From: an uncultured Bacteroidota bacterium
Lineage (GTDB): Bacteria; Bacteroidota; Ignavibacteria; UBA10030; UBA6906
DNA length: 64,000 nt
Assembly (NCBI GenBank): GCA_963700635.1
Contig: CAVOYH010000003.1
Location: 896,001 to 960,000, forward strand
Reading direction: 5' to 3'
Shown: piece by piece, positions 1 through 13,181 of the stretch
Position numbering within the stretch: position 1 is the first letter of the stretch
Layout: every line of letters starts with the position of its first letter
Notes under the pieces: generated by a model
Database searches by the model: none
Seen by the model: the letters and a program-made list of their open reading frames with translations, nothing else
Told to the model about the DNA's origin: nothing
Translations under genes and position numbers: made by a program

Positions 1-324
1 GGACTGTTTCCGTCCCGGACTCTTGAAATCAAACAATCTGTCCAACATCGAAATTTTCAGCAGACTCAACACCTTCTGATTAGCCTTGAACAGGCATACT
101 CTCCCGCCGTGTTCTTTCATCTTCCGTTCCGCAATCAACAACGCGCTCAGCCCGCTGCTGTCGCAAAACTCCACCTCATGAAGATCAATCACCAGAGTTT
201 CCACTTTCGGCTTGCAGAGAATGAGAAACTCGCCCTTGAGCTCAGAGGCGATGGTGGAATCAAGTTTTTTCTCCTTCAGCGTCAGTGTCACCGACGCCCC
301 GTCTTTCTGTACGTCGAATTTCAT
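1..324 (-). CDS. STAS-domain anti-sigma-factor antagonist (3' end runs off window; not in ORF track)
   Basis: Manual translation from ATG at 324 with GGAGGAA RBS: MKFDVQKDGASVTLTLKEKKLDSTIASELKGEF...LVIDLHEVEFCDSSGLSALLIAER...KVLSLLKISMLDRLF; DSSGL phosphorylation motif of RsbV/SpoIIAA. Confidence 0.9.
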   Translation of the reverse strand, partial: MKFDVQKDGASVTLTLKEKKLDSTIASELKGEFLILCKPKVETLVIDLHEVEFCDSSGLSALLIAERKMKEHGGRVCLFKANQKVLSLLKISMLDRLFDFKSPGRKQS

Positions 325-370
325 GCGACCTTCCTCCATTCACACGCTGTCCGGTGTGATACCGTTGTGC

Positions 371-904
371 TTAGAACATTTTCAGACACGCTGCAAGCCG
401 ATCGTACACCGCCGTGGTGCTTGACCCGTCAACCTGAATCTGCAGGTTATAAAAAAGATCACCCCCCGGGCGCGCAAAGCCAACGCGGATGCGCGCGTTG
501 CTGGCTTTACAAATATAGCCCGAGGGGAGAAGGAAGTCAAGGTTCAGGTCAATCGCAACGTCATGCCGCCGTTCCTTTACGCGTTGCAGGACATCACCGG
601 GCGGATGAAAAAGTCGTGTGACCTGCTCACTGTGCATCCGGATAATCTCGCTACGTGGAAGCGTGGCAGCAATACTCGTGTCCTGTGCGTCGGTGATAAC
701 CGTGAGCTTTTCCTCTCCGTAGCGTGTGCGGAACAACTGCAGAATCGGTCCGGTCGGATGCGGTGACGGCGTCAGCGGAAGAATAAGGAGAACACGATTT
801 CCGCTCGACAGGGACCCGGTAAAGCTCGTGACGCTATCGGGTTGTTTTCGGAACTGCAGGCGGGCAAGACTGTACCCGAGAGAACGTCGGAATGATTCCA
901 GCAT
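371..904 (-). CDS. Conserved hypothetical protein resembling the N-terminal domain of glycosyltransferase family 9
   Basis: DVAIDLN...ASNARIRVGF...YNLQI motif; co-oriented 6 nt after ligA. Confidence 0.6.
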   Translation of the reverse strand: MLESFRRSLGYSLARLQFRKQPDSVTSFTGSLSSGNRVLLILPLTPSPHPTGPILQLFRTRYGEEKLTVITDAQDTSIAATLPRSEIIRMHSEQVTRLFHPPGDVLQRVKERRHDVAIDLNLDFLLPSGYICKASNARIRVGFARPGGDLFYNLQIQVDGSSTTAVYDRLAACLKMF

Positions 905-910
905 ATGCTT

Positions 911-3725
<2,815 letters not shown>

Positions 3726-3729
<4 letters not shown>

Positions 3730-5975
3730 GGTGCCGATGCCGGTTCTTCGTGAAACGTTCGTTGGTCAAGAACCTTGCGCACCTTCAGCGCAAGGGTATC
3801 CAGTTGAAAGGGTTTTTGGACGAACCCATTGACCTCGCTGGAAAATCGTGGTGTTTCGATTACGCCCTTACCGTACCCGGAGACGATAAGAACGCGGACA
3901 TGCGGGTTGATACCCCGCAGCAGTTCAAAGGCCTCGATGCCGGACATGACCGGCATATTGATGTCAAGCAGGATGAGATCAATCGAAGCCTGGCGCGTGC
4001 GATAGAAATCCAGGCCTTCCCGTCCGTTATGAGCGACATACACGGTGTAGCCGAGGCTCCTGAGCAAATCCCTCGCAATTTCGCAGACAGACGGTTCGTC
4101 GTCAATGACCAGGATGTGTTCTGTACCATGCGGCAAGCGGGGGCGTCGTTTCCGCACTTCCGGATGAAGCCCTGCGGTGTGCGGGAAGTAGAGAGAAAAG
4201 CTTGTTCCCTTTCCTTCAGTCGTTTTCAGATCGATGAAGCCTTTGTGATTCTGTACCACGCCATACACCACCGATAGACCAAGACCGGTGCCGTTGTCTT
4301 TGGTGGTGAAAAAAGGTTCAAAAATCCTGTCCTGTATCGATGGGGGCATGCCGCGCCCGGTATCCGTTACACGAATTTCCACAAACGGCCCGGGGCGGAC
4401 GGATGAGAATCTGTTGGTCGTGGTGGCATCAGCGACGATGATGCTGGTGGAGATGGTCAGGGTGCCACCATCGGGCATTGCGTCGCGTCCGTTCAGAAAA
4501 AGATTCAACAACGCCTGCTGAATTTGCCCGTCATCCCCGTTTACCGTCAGCCGCTCATCGGCCAGATTCGTCTTCACCGCAATGTCCTTGGACACACTGC
4601 GCTGATAAAGGTCGAGGGTCTCCTGGATCAGCGAGTTGATATCGACCGGTGATGCGATGGTTTCCGTCTTCCGTGCAAAGGTGAGAAGTTGCCGTGTAAG
4701 AGAGGAGCCCCTTCGCGCGGACGATTCAATAATCTCAACATACTTGGCCAGCTTATTCCGTTCGCTGATGTGGCGGCGCATGATGGACGCAGAACCAAGA
4801 ATCGCGGCAAGAATATTGTTGAAGTCGTGAGCGATGCCCCCGGCCAGATTTCCTATGCTGTCAATCTTCTGCGCGTGCAGGAGTGCGTCCTCCATCCGCT
4901 TACGTTCCGAAATATCGCGGGCGACAAGACGGGCGGTGATGGTGTGTCCGGTGTCATCAAACACGAGGGAGGCATTCAGATGGACAAAAAATTGCCGTCC
5001 TGCAGACGTGACCATCTGCTCCTCAACGTCCTTGAGTCCCCGCCCCTCCTCAAACATTCTTTCCAGCATCGCCTGTATCGCCTCCCCACGCTCTGGCGGA
5101 CACAGTGCGGTGAACGGTTGTCCGATGATCTGCGGGGGGGTGGAGTCCAGAATCGTCGCGCCGTGTCTGTTACAGCCGATGATGACATGCTGGCGGTTCA
5201 CGCTCAGGTAGATATCCGGGGCGTTTTCAAACAGATCGGCATACTGTTGTTCCGACTTCCGGAGACGGTCGAAGAGTCGGGCATTGTGAACGGCGACACT
5301 GATATGATTCGCAAACGCTTCAACAAGTTCAGCTTGTTTTGGCGTCAGCATATTGTGGGAGGGTCCCGCAATCACCAGGACCCCTGCAATCGTGTCCTTT
5401 GTGCGCAGCGGCATGGAAGCCCAGAATTGTATGCCGCGCTGCTTCAGCGGCTCGGGAATCTTTCCCTGACGTTTGTTCCGCGGTTCCCGTTCCGCCCGCG
5501 GCTGGTTCAGCCATAGATGGGGTGATACGGGTGCCGGACTAATTTCGGCCAGGATATCAAGATCGCTCCCGGCAGCACAGGTCAGCGACAGCGAATCCCC
5601 TTCCTCAAGATAGATCCAACCGTACGGGGTGTTCAGCAATTCTGAGATTTTGGCGAGGGCTGTGTGCAGCACATAGTCCCGGTCTGCGACGCGATTGATC
5701 GCCTCGGCCACGGCGTTGAGAGCAATCATCTGACGCCGCTGTTCGTCGATACGCCGGCTGTTGAGAAGAGAAAAATAGACACTGGTGAACCCGAAAATCC
5801 CGACCGTTACGATACTGACAAAATCCATAAACCGGGGGATCTGATCCGTTGCGGCCATGACGCTGATGATCGTTGCCATCGTCACCACGACGGCCGTGGA
5901 AGCAACCACCTGCGCCTGCTCGACGGGTCCGAGACCGCGAAGGAACATACGGAATGCTTTGACCGGGTTGACCAT
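3726..5975 (-). CDS. Hybrid sensor histidine kinase (2TM-GAF-PAS-HisKA-HATPase-REC)
   Basis: GIAHDFNN H-box, NGRDAM, DTGRG, FFTTK, GTGLGL, receiver ILVIDD...LLDINMP...QKP; start moved to ATG 5975 just after a promoter. Confidence 0.95.
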
Positions 5976-5981
5976 ACAGAA

Positions 5982-6010
5982 AATGTACGAAACCGGACGT
6001 TGAGTTACAA
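5982..6010 (-). promoter_or_regulatory. sigma70-type promoter of the hybrid kinase, probably leaderless
   Basis: TTGTAA-17 nt-TACATT, then 6 nt to ATG; no SD. Confidence 0.6.
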
Positions 6011-6048
6011 AAGAGCGATCAAAAAATGGAGAAGGAATGGGATGGAGG

Positions 6049-6093
6049 AAAGAAGAAAAAGACAATCCCGCCGGGAGAACTGACGGGACTGCC
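6049..6093 (-). terminator. Intrinsic terminator after hup
   Basis: GGCAGTCCCGTC/GGCGGGATTGTC stem with G-U pairs, followed by TTTTTCTTCTTT. Confidence 0.7.
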
Positions 6094-6126
6094 TTTTACA
6101 TTTGTACAACCTGAGGGATTTCGGCC

Positions 6127-6414
6127 CTATTTCTTCGCGAGCACCGCTTCCTTACAGGCTTTGGCCACGCGGAACTTCACGACGGTCTTGGCCGGAATCG
6201 TGATCGTCTCGCCGGTTTTGGGATTGCGTCCCAGGCGTTCCTTCCGGTTCACAAGCACCAGCTTGCCGATCCCGGGCAGCGTGAACGTGTTCCTGGCTTC
6301 CTTGTACGCCAGCTTCGCGAGTTCTTCAAACACTGCGACCACGTCCTTCTTCTTCATATCAAACTTGGTGGCAAAGTGGGCGATGATCGCCGTTTTCGAC
6401 ATTGCCTTAGCCAT
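6127..6414 (-). CDS. hup: HU family DNA-binding protein
   Basis: LPGIGKL...GRNPKTGETITIPAKTVVKFR; GGAGG RBS. Confidence 0.95.
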   Translation of the reverse strand: MAKAMSKTAIIAHFATKFDMKKKDVVAVFEELAKLAYKEARNTFTLPGIGKLVLVNRKERLGRNPKTGETITIPAKTVVKFRVAKACKEAVLAKK

Positions 6415-6513
6415 TGATCCTCCATGATGTTGTTGTTGATACCTACAGGTATGGGGATGAAGATAGCATATTTCCGCCCAAATTCAAACAGGAAAATGAA
6501 GATGGTACATGTC

Positions 6514-8517
6514 TTACCACTCCTCCCTCTCCAGAGGGCGGGAGTCGCCCGAGAGTGTTATGAGCTCCACCGGACACCGGGGAAGCGCCTCAAGCAACAC
6601 TTTTCCGTATCTGCGACGCACAACCCTCGTGTCGAGTATGCTTACAATACCCTTGTCGGAGGTCGTGCGGATAAGCCGGCCAGCTCCCTGCCGGAGTTTA
6701 AGCGCAGCTTCAGGCAGAGAATACTCAAAAAATGGGTTTCCTCCCCGGTTTTCAATGTCTTCAAGCCTTGCCTCCACCAGTGGATGCGTTGGAACCGCGA
6801 AGGGGAGGCGAGTTATGATTACATGCTCCAGTGCCTCCCCCGGCACGTCGATTCCCATCCAGAAGCTGTCGAGGCCGAACAACACGGAATGTATGTCTCT
6901 CCTGAACGCCTCGAGCAGCGCATGGCGCGAGAGATCTTTTCCCTGCACCAACAACTGAATTCCCGTTGCGGCGAGCTCTTCTTTAACTGCTTCTGCCGTG
7001 GCCCGCATGACGACGGTGCTGGTGAAGAGCACCAGCGCTTTTCCATGAGTGCGCCGGATACAGGAAAGCACCGCCGCAGGGAGCACCTCAATGTAACCGG
7101 GCGTCTCCGGCTCGGGGACATCCTCGGTGATCCAGACCCGCATCTGCCGGATGTAGTCAAAAGGAGAATCCACAGCGAGAGTATCCGCAGACTGTGCGCC
7201 CAGCCGTTCTTGTATGTACGTCATCGTGCCGCCGACTGAAAGCGTGGCACTTGTCAGGATAACCGGACCGTGTCCGCCAAAAAGTTTTGGACCGAGTGAA
7301 CGCCCGACATCAAAGGGCGCCATACAGAGGGTGACATTCTCATGCGGCCCCTGCTGTGATTCAATCCAATACGCATGATCGGTGCTCTCCAGCGTCAGAA
7401 ATTCTTCCAGGGTCCGGAGATCGACGGTGAGGGCGGCGCGCATGGCAGTCACCTCCCTGGCCAGGGCCTCATCCTCCATGCTCGCCTCCGCAGCCTGGAC
7501 TGTTGCGAGTAAATCCTGAAGCGGCAGGGAGAGCGTGTCCACGACGAAGGACCGGTGTTTCACCCGCACCTGGCGGGTATCGCGTGCTTGTGGAGACCGT
7601 TGAGTGGTTTGAACCGGCATCACGCGTACCAGCGTATCGAAGAACAAGTCCACGAGTTCTTCCATGCCTTTGAATGCGTTTTTGACCGGCCGTTTTTCGT
7701 GCGCAAGGAGGCCGCGCCTGGTGCGGGGATGATAGAGGCGGCGTAGCGTTGCAAGAAGGCCGCGCCGGGAGAGGCGCCGGCTTAATCCCTCCGATGCAAT
7801 GGCTTCCAGGGTGTGCGCCTCGTCGAAGATGACAAAGTCGTTGCTGAAGAGAAACTGGTCTTCCGTCTGAAGAAAGGGAAGAAGCGAGAAGAAGAGGGAG
7901 TGGTTGACGACGAGGAGTCGGGCACGTCGGGCCTGTTCCTTTGCTCGTTGGAAGAAACAGTCGCTCCCGCATGTCTTGGTGGTGCAGATACCGGGTTCGG
8001 AACAGACCGCGTTCCACACTCCTGCGGACGGGGCAAACGGGAGTCCATGCACATCGCCGTCAGCCGTTGTCGTTGCCCATGCAGCAATATCTCGAAGTTC
8101 ACCCGACTCTGATTCCGGGAAAAGTCCTCCGAGAGACTGCAGTGCGGTGTGTAATCGGCTGATGCAGAGATAGTTACGCCGTCCCTTCAGCGTTACTGCG
8201 CCGAAATCGAGCTGAAGGATCGAACGGCAGAGGGGAATATCGTTATGGAGCAGCTGCTCCTGAAGGTTCTTTGTGTGGGTTGAGACGATGGCTTTACGGT
8301 TGTGCCTGACGGCATAGAGAACTGAAGGGAGGAGATAGGCGAGTGTCTTTCCAACACCGGTGGGCGCCTCCACAATAAGATGGCGTTCTTCCTCGAGAGC
8401 GCGGCATATCGCCTGTGCCATCGTGTGCTGTTGCGGCCGGTGCGAGAATCCCGGCTGCTGATCCATGGCACCGCCCGGACAAAAAACCCGGTCGATGCTT
8501 TGTACGAGTGTGTCCAT
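6514..8517 (-). CDS. dinG: DinG/YoaA family Fe-S DNA helicase
   Basis: APTGVGKT, KGRRNYLC, Fe-S cysteines, DEAH, LTSATL, QGAGRLIR; start taken at ATG 8517 (uncertain). Confidence 0.93.
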   Translation of the reverse strand: MDTLVQSIDRVFCPGGAMDQQPGFSHRPQQHTMAQAICRALEEERHLIVEAPTGVGKTLAYLLPSVLYAVRHNRKAIVSTHTKNLQEQLLHNDIPLCRSILQLDFGAVTLKGRRNYLCISRLHTALQSLGGLFPESESGELRDIAAWATTTADGDVHGLPFAPSAGVWNAVCSEPGICTTKTCGSDCFFQRAKEQARRARLLVVNHSLFFSLLPFLQTEDQFLFSNDFVIFDEAHTLEAIASEGLSRRLSRRGLLATLRRLYHPRTRRGLLAHEKRPVKNAFKGMEELVDLFFDTLVRVMPVQTTQRSPQARDTRQVRVKHRSFVVDTLSLPLQDLLATVQAAEASMEDEALAREVTAMRAALTVDLRTLEEFLTLESTDHAYWIESQQGPHENVTLCMAPFDVGRSLGPKLFGGHGPVILTSATLSVGGTMTYIQERLGAQSADTLAVDSPFDYIRQMRVWITEDVPEPETPGYIEVLPAAVLSCIRRTHGKALVLFTSTVVMRATAEAVKEELAATGIQLLVQGKDLSRHALLEAFRRDIHSVLFGLDSFWMGIDVPGEALEHVIITRLPFAVPTHPLVEARLEDIENRGGNPFFEYSLPEAALKLRQGAGRLIRTTSDKGIVSILDTRVVRRRYGKVLLEALPRCPVELITLSGDSRPLEREEW

Positions 8518-8598
8518 ATTCTTTACAAAGTACCGAAAAGCCTGCACGGTTGCCAGCGCACTGTCTTTTTTGGCCAATTTGCAGTATCATCGAAACAT

Positions 8599-9420
8599 AT
8601 GCGAATGCAAATACTTCTTCTTGTGGCTGTCCTCGGCCTGGGTGAAGCGCGCGGTCAATCCGATACGCTTGCTGCCGCACCCCGGTGGTCCGAAGTGGTC
8701 GGGCATGATCTTCACACGTTCTGGCGTGCCGGGTTGCATCTCGGCAGCGCTCCTGCCCGCTGGGATTTCCATGACGTAGCACATGCCGGCATAATGATCG
8801 GACTCACCGGGATTGCGTCGTTTGGCGACAATGACGGACGAGAGACCGCAGACCGGATGAGAAGCACGACAGCCGACAGGGTAGAGTCCGTGGCAAGGCA
8901 ATATGGCGACGTATGGGTGCTCACCGTGCTCACGGGAGGCACCTATGTGGCAGGTTTGGTCTTTGAAGATACCTGGTTGCGTGAGACAGCCCTCCTTGCC
9001 GGCACAAGTCTTCTTCTGACCACAGCAGCAACGCGTATCTTGAAGATCACCATTGGGAGAGGACGGCCGTACTCCACCACAGACCCCCGAAAATTCCGAA
9101 TGTTCTCTGTAGCCGATGCATACAGTTCGTTTCCTTCAGGACATGCCGTTGCCGCATTCTCCATCTCCGCCGTTCTTGCGTACCGCATCGATAATGACTG
9201 GGCCACGGCGGGTTTGTACGGGCTCGCTACCCTCACGGCTCTTTCAAGAATCTACTCTTATGAACACTGGTTTTCCGACATTGTATTTGGCGCATTGTTT
9301 TCCACCGCCATGACGAGGACCCTGATACGCTGGTATGACGGCCAGGATACGGCCACGACAACATCGGGATTCAGACTGGTTCCTACGACCGGCGGGATCA
9401 TGGTCACGTACACATTTTAG
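8599..9420 (+). CDS. PAP2 family membrane phosphatase
   Basis: KITIGRGRP, FPSGH, SRIYSYEHWFSD; signal peptide from ATG 8599. Confidence 0.92.
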   Translation: MRMQILLLVAVLGLGEARGQSDTLAAAPRWSEVVGHDLHTFWRAGLHLGSAPARWDFHDVAHAGIMIGLTGIASFGDNDGRETADRMRSTTADRVESVARQYGDVWVLTVLTGGTYVAGLVFEDTWLRETALLAGTSLLLTTAATRILKITIGRGRPYSTTDPRKFRMFSVADAYSSFPSGHAVAAFSISAVLAYRIDNDWATAGLYGLATLTALSRIYSYEHWFSDIVFGALFSTAMTRTLIRWYDGQDTATTTSGFRLVPTTGGIMVTYTF

Positions 9421-9520
9421 CTACAGCGTACACCGTTCCGTACCGGAACAAACTCACGCAGGGGAATGCGCCTGAACGCGCCGCTGCCCTGCATCGTCCC
9501 CAAAAACGTATAGGAAACTC

Positions 9521-9985
9521 ATGACCCATCTCCGTCATGTACTACTTTCCTGCATACTTGCAGCGGGCTTCCTGCATGTTGCTTCGCCGGTCTGGAGCCA
9601 GCAGGCTCTTCCCGAAGCCGACCGGATCATCGGTGTGTGGCTCACTGCTGACGGCAAGGCGCACATCGAAGTGTCCAGAACCGGTGAGCAGTATTCAGGA
9701 AAAATCATCTGGCTTGCGGAGCCGGAAAAGAACGGAAAGCCGGTAGTTGATGACAAGAATCCTGATGAGGCGCTCCGCGGGCGGCCCATTCTTTTGATGG
9801 AGCTGATGTTCGGGTTTGTCTATGATGGAGACAACACCTGGGTGGATGGAAGGGTGTATGATCCGGAGGATGGGGACGAATACCGGGGTAAGGTACAGCT
9901 GGTGGATGATTCCACCATGGAACTGCGCGGGTACGTTCTGATTCCGTTATTTGGCCGGACTGAAACCTGGACCCGGGTGCGGTGA
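9521..9985 (+). CDS. DUF2147 exported protein
   Basis: Signal peptide; IIGVWLT, YSGKIIWL, DKNPD, GRVYDPEDG, LRGY, FGRTETWTR. Confidence 0.9.
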   Translation: MTHLRHVLLSCILAAGFLHVASPVWSQQALPEADRIIGVWLTADGKAHIEVSRTGEQYSGKIIWLAEPEKNGKPVVDDKNPDEALRGRPILLMELMFGFVYDGDNTWVDGRVYDPEDGDEYRGKVQLVDDSTMELRGYVLIPLFGRTETWTRVR

Positions 9986-10057
9986 ACCGGTCCATTCCGC
10001 TCGAAGGGAGACAGTTGTGTGAAGGATCGCGCCGCGTTGTCGCGAGGTATTTCGTAG

Positions 10058-10096
10058 AAAAGAAAGAAGGGCATCAGAGTTCCTGATGCCCTTTTT
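10058..10096. terminator. Bidirectional intrinsic terminator between DUF2147 gene and tRNA-Pro
   Basis: Perfect stem AAGGGCATCAG-AGTTC-CTGATGCCCTT with T-rich tails on both strands. Confidence 0.85.
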
Positions 10097-10098
10097 AG

Positions 10099-10172
10099 TC
10101 GGAGCGGGGGGATTTGAACCCCCGACCCCTTGAACCCCATTCAAGTGCGCTACCGGGCTGCGCTACGCTCCG
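10099..10172 (-). tRNA. tRNA-Pro(GGG), CCA not encoded
   Basis: CGGAGCGTAGCGCAGCCCGGTAGCGCACTTGAATGGGGTTCAAGGGGTCGGGGGTTCAAATCCCCCCGCTCCGA; cloverleaf with GGG anticodon; promoter TTGCGT-17-TACATT at 10184-10212. Confidence 0.97.
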
Positions 10173-10287
10173 TTACCCCGATAAATGTACAGAGATCTCC
10201 AATAAAACGCAAATACACAGGGGCGACGGCTGGATTGTACGATGAAGAATGAGTCTTTGCGGGAAGGGTGAACCGGTATGTGGGACG

Positions 10288-10671
10288 CTAATTCAGCTTC
10301 TTCAGGAGATCTTCCAAAAACTGCTTCACCTCCAGCACATCCGCACGGAGCTGATCGTCTTTGATCTTGGGGCGGGGCTTCGGGGGGTCCATCAACTCCA
10401 ATTGCTCGCCAGTGTCCACCTCGGGTGTGAAGGTCTTCAGCACCTGCTTTGCTCCCTCGATGGTGTACCGTTCGTCCCGCAAGAGCTTTTTGATGTAGAG
10501 GATGAGCTTGATTTCACGGTTGGTATAAATCCGGTTGCCAGCCCGGTTTTTGGCCGGCTTGAGCTGGTCAAATTCCGACTCCCAGTACCGCAGCACGTAC
10601 TGCTCCAGATCGGTGATTTTACTCACCTCGCTAATGGAGTAGTACAACTTCTTTATGCCGAGAGATTTCAT
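10288..10671 (-). CDS. MerR family transcriptional regulator
   Basis: KLYYSISEVS...VLRYWESEF...RYTIEGAK; merR-tRNA-Pro arrangement; promoter TTGCAT-17-TATTTT at 10692-10720. Confidence 0.92.
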   Translation of the reverse strand: MKSLGIKKLYYSISEVSKITDLEQYVLRYWESEFDQLKPAKNRAGNRIYTNREIKLILYIKKLLRDERYTIEGAKQVLKTFTPEVDTGEQLELMDPPKPRPKIKDDQLRADVLEVKQFLEDLLKKLN

Positions 10672-10729
10672 GCTGAACCGTGTCCGTGAAGAAAATACGG
10701 ATTCCCTCGAAGAGATGCAATTCGCCCCG

Positions 10730-11344
10730 TCACCGGCCCTGTCGCGATCGTGAGAGGTTGATGTCGACTTCCTTGAGCTTCTTCAGTTCATTTCGTGCCG
10801 AGGCCACCTCCCGCTCCATAGCCTGAAGTCGCTCCATATCCTGAAGCCGCTCCTGGAGCCGTTCCTGGAGCCGCCGGGTCTGGGAGAGGATTGTTCCTGC
10901 CTGGCGTCGTACGGTCAATTCCACACTGTCGACAATCACACGTTGCCGCCTGGCTTCACGGGCGCGGACCAGGAGCCGATCCAGGAGTGCAATACTCACC
11001 TCTGCCTGGAGCTGTTCATCCGGCGATTTGGTGCGGGCGATGGTATTACGGAACCAGAGAATCGCCAGGGAGTCGTTTCGGGATGGATTCCGCGGACTGC
11101 TGAGCAGCAGGGCCGTCTTGTGCGTGGCAGTGGCTCCCCATTCTGTTTCCGGAAAGTTTTCCGCGACGATCGAGAACAGATGGATCGCTCTGGGAAAATC
11201 GCCGCTCTGCGCCAGGGTGTTGGCCAGCCGCAATTGCCGTTCGGGTTCCGACGGTAGAGGAGAGGATCGCGCTCCCGGTGGAGGGTCACAGGTAGCGCCG
11301 ATAAGGGCCAGAGGGAGCAACAGTGTGAAGAGAATCCGTTTCAC
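10730..11344 (-). CDS. Putative lipoprotein with TPR-like helices and C-terminal coiled coil (QseG/YfhG-like)
   Basis: Signal ending IGATC; TPR-like segment; ends ELKKLKEVDINL; directly follows a HAMP kinase. Confidence 0.6.
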   Translation of the reverse strand: MKRILFTLLLPLALIGATCDPPPGARSSPLPSEPERQLRLANTLAQSGDFPRAIHLFSIVAENFPETEWGATATHKTALLLSSPRNPSRNDSLAILWFRNTIARTKSPDEQLQAEVSIALLDRLLVRAREARRQRVIVDSVELTVRRQAGTILSQTRRLQERLQERLQDMERLQAMEREVASARNELKKLKEVDINLSRSRQGR

Positions 11345-11355
11345 GATACCCCCCC

Positions 11356-12810
11356 CTAATGCGTGAATATTGGCTGGTTGATGGGCTTGTCAGGCACCGC
11401 GGGCAGTTCGACCGTGAAGGTTGAACCCAGACCCGGGGTACTGTTCGCGTAGACTTTTCCGCCGTGGCCGTCGACGATAGCCTTTACAAGAGCCAGTCCG
11501 ACGCCCGTCCCCTTCACGTTGATCTGCGAAATATTTTTTGCCTGGAAAAACTTTGTAAAGAGTTTTGGGAGATCATCCGGCGCAATCCCTACTCCCGAAT
11601 CCTTCACCGCTATCCGGGCGCCTCCATCACACGCACCGATGGTCACGGTGATGTTGCCCCCCTTCTGCGTAAACTTGACGGCGTTGTTCAGCAGATTGCT
11701 CAACACGGTCGTGACCTTGTCGGGATCGGCTTCCACAAAGGGGACTGCCTGTGCAGCGAGGCCGATCGTGATGTCCTTCTGGGAAGCAACAAGTCGGGCG
11801 TTGTTGATGACCGGTGTGATAACAGAAAGCAGATCGATGGAGCGGGGATGGAACTCCATCATGCCTGCCTCAATCTTGGCCAGATCGAGGAATTGATTGC
11901 TGAATGTTGAAAGCGCGTCGATGTTATCGCGGATTGTCGTGAGCAGAGTCCGCTGTCGGTCGTTAAGCGGACCGGCGATCTGTTCGGCAAGCATGTAGTA
12001 CGCAGCATGCATTGCCTGAAGGGGTGTCCGCAGTTCGTGCGAGATCTGCTGCATCATGTCCGCTTTATATTCATCGATCTTCTTGAGCCGCGCACTCATG
12101 GAATTAAAGGCGCGCAGGACCATCCCGACTTCATCTTTTGAGTGCACGGGAATTGTATGGAACTCGCCCCGCGCAATCCGTTCCGTACTCTGACGGAGCA
12201 GTGTCAGAGGCGCCGAAATCGCATGGGTGATCATGAATGCCACGCCGATTGTTGCGAGTAACGCGCCGAGAACAAGGAAGATACCAACGTGGAGGGACTC
12301 CGTGGCTTTCTGTTCTACCTGTGAGAGAGCGAGCCCGATAGAATTCTGGTTAAGCAGCACAAGGCGCTCCAGACCGGTATGCGCGACATCCATGCTGTCC
12401 ATAATCTGACCGCTCCGGATCATCGGGCGTGCCTCCCGTGCGCGAATTGCGAGCGGGAGCCAATCGTGCACACGCCGCACGCTCTGAAAAACCCGCTGCT
12501 CCTCGCGTCCCGGAAGCACCGTTTCCAGGGAATCCAAGCGGGAGAGTGTTTTCGCGCGTGCTTCACTGAAGAGCCGGTTGTAGAGAGGATCGCCGGTCAC
12601 GAGGAATTTTTGCGCGTACCGTTCCTCTTCATTCAGAAATGCATGTAATCGTTGCGCATTGTCAATGGCAACGACATCGGCTGTGAGTGATGTGGTGACG
12701 GCGGTGGACACCGAATTAAGATTTACAAGGGTATATCCGTGCACCACGATCAGTGCAGCGATAATCAGACCGAATCCCAACACCAGTTTCCAATAGAGCG
12801 AGATTCTCAT
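11356..12810 (-). CDS. Membrane sensor histidine kinase (periplasmic helical domain, HAMP, HisKA, HATPase)
   Basis: Two TMs, HAMP DEVG, ISHELRTPL, NAVKFT, DSGVG, GTGVGL. Confidence 0.95.
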   Translation of the reverse strand: MRISLYWKLVLGFGLIIAALIVVHGYTLVNLNSVSTAVTTSLTADVVAIDNAQRLHAFLNEEERYAQKFLVTGDPLYNRLFSEARAKTLSRLDSLETVLPGREEQRVFQSVRRVHDWLPLAIRAREARPMIRSGQIMDSMDVAHTGLERLVLLNQNSIGLALSQVEQKATESLHVGIFLVLGALLATIGVAFMITHAISAPLTLLRQSTERIARGEFHTIPVHSKDEVGMVLRAFNSMSARLKKIDEYKADMMQQISHELRTPLQAMHAAYYMLAEQIAGPLNDRQRTLLTTIRDNIDALSTFSNQFLDLAKIEAGMMEFHPRSIDLLSVITPVINNARLVASQKDITIGLAAQAVPFVEADPDKVTTVLSNLLNNAVKFTQKGGNITVTIGACDGGARIAVKDSGVGIAPDDLPKLFTKFFQAKNISQINVKGTGVGLALVKAIVDGHGGKVYANSTPGLGSTFTVELPAVPDKPINQPIFTH

Positions 12811-13181
12811 CGGGAATCCTCAATCACTGCCATTGCCACCACGTGGGAGTCGGCATGCGACAGGGAGATCAGGATGCGGGAAGCTCCCAGATGCTCTCTG
12901 AGCCGACCGTAGACGGATATCCGGGGTTGACCGGAGGGATCGTTGGTCACTTCGATATCCTTCCAGCGAAAGTCACCGGCCCAGCCGGTGGCGAGTGCTT
13001 TGCTCACCGCTTCCTTTGCGGCAAACCGTGCCGCAAAATGCTGAAAGCGGTTATGTTTGGCGTTACAATAGGTGATTTCCGTATGGGTGAACACTTTTTC
13101 CAGAAACCGCAGCTCTTCACTCTCCACCAATCGCCGGATACGACCCGTGTCCACGATATCGACGCCGATGCCCCGGATCAT
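12807..13181 (-). CDS. acpS: Holo-ACP synthase
   Basis: GIGVDIV, AARFAAKEAVSKA, ISLSH. Confidence 0.97.
   Translation of the reverse strand: MIRGIGVDIVDTGRIRRLVESEELRFLEKVFTHTEITYCNAKHNRFQHFAARFAAKEAVSKALATGWAGDFRWKDIEVTNDPSGQPRISVYGRLREHLGASRILISLSHADSHVVAMAVIEDSR

Noticed and set aside
10099-10172. tRNA-anchored genomic island (also checked tRNA-Leu at 31473)
   Set aside because: No duplicated tRNA 3' end seen, no integrase; flanks are ordinary genes
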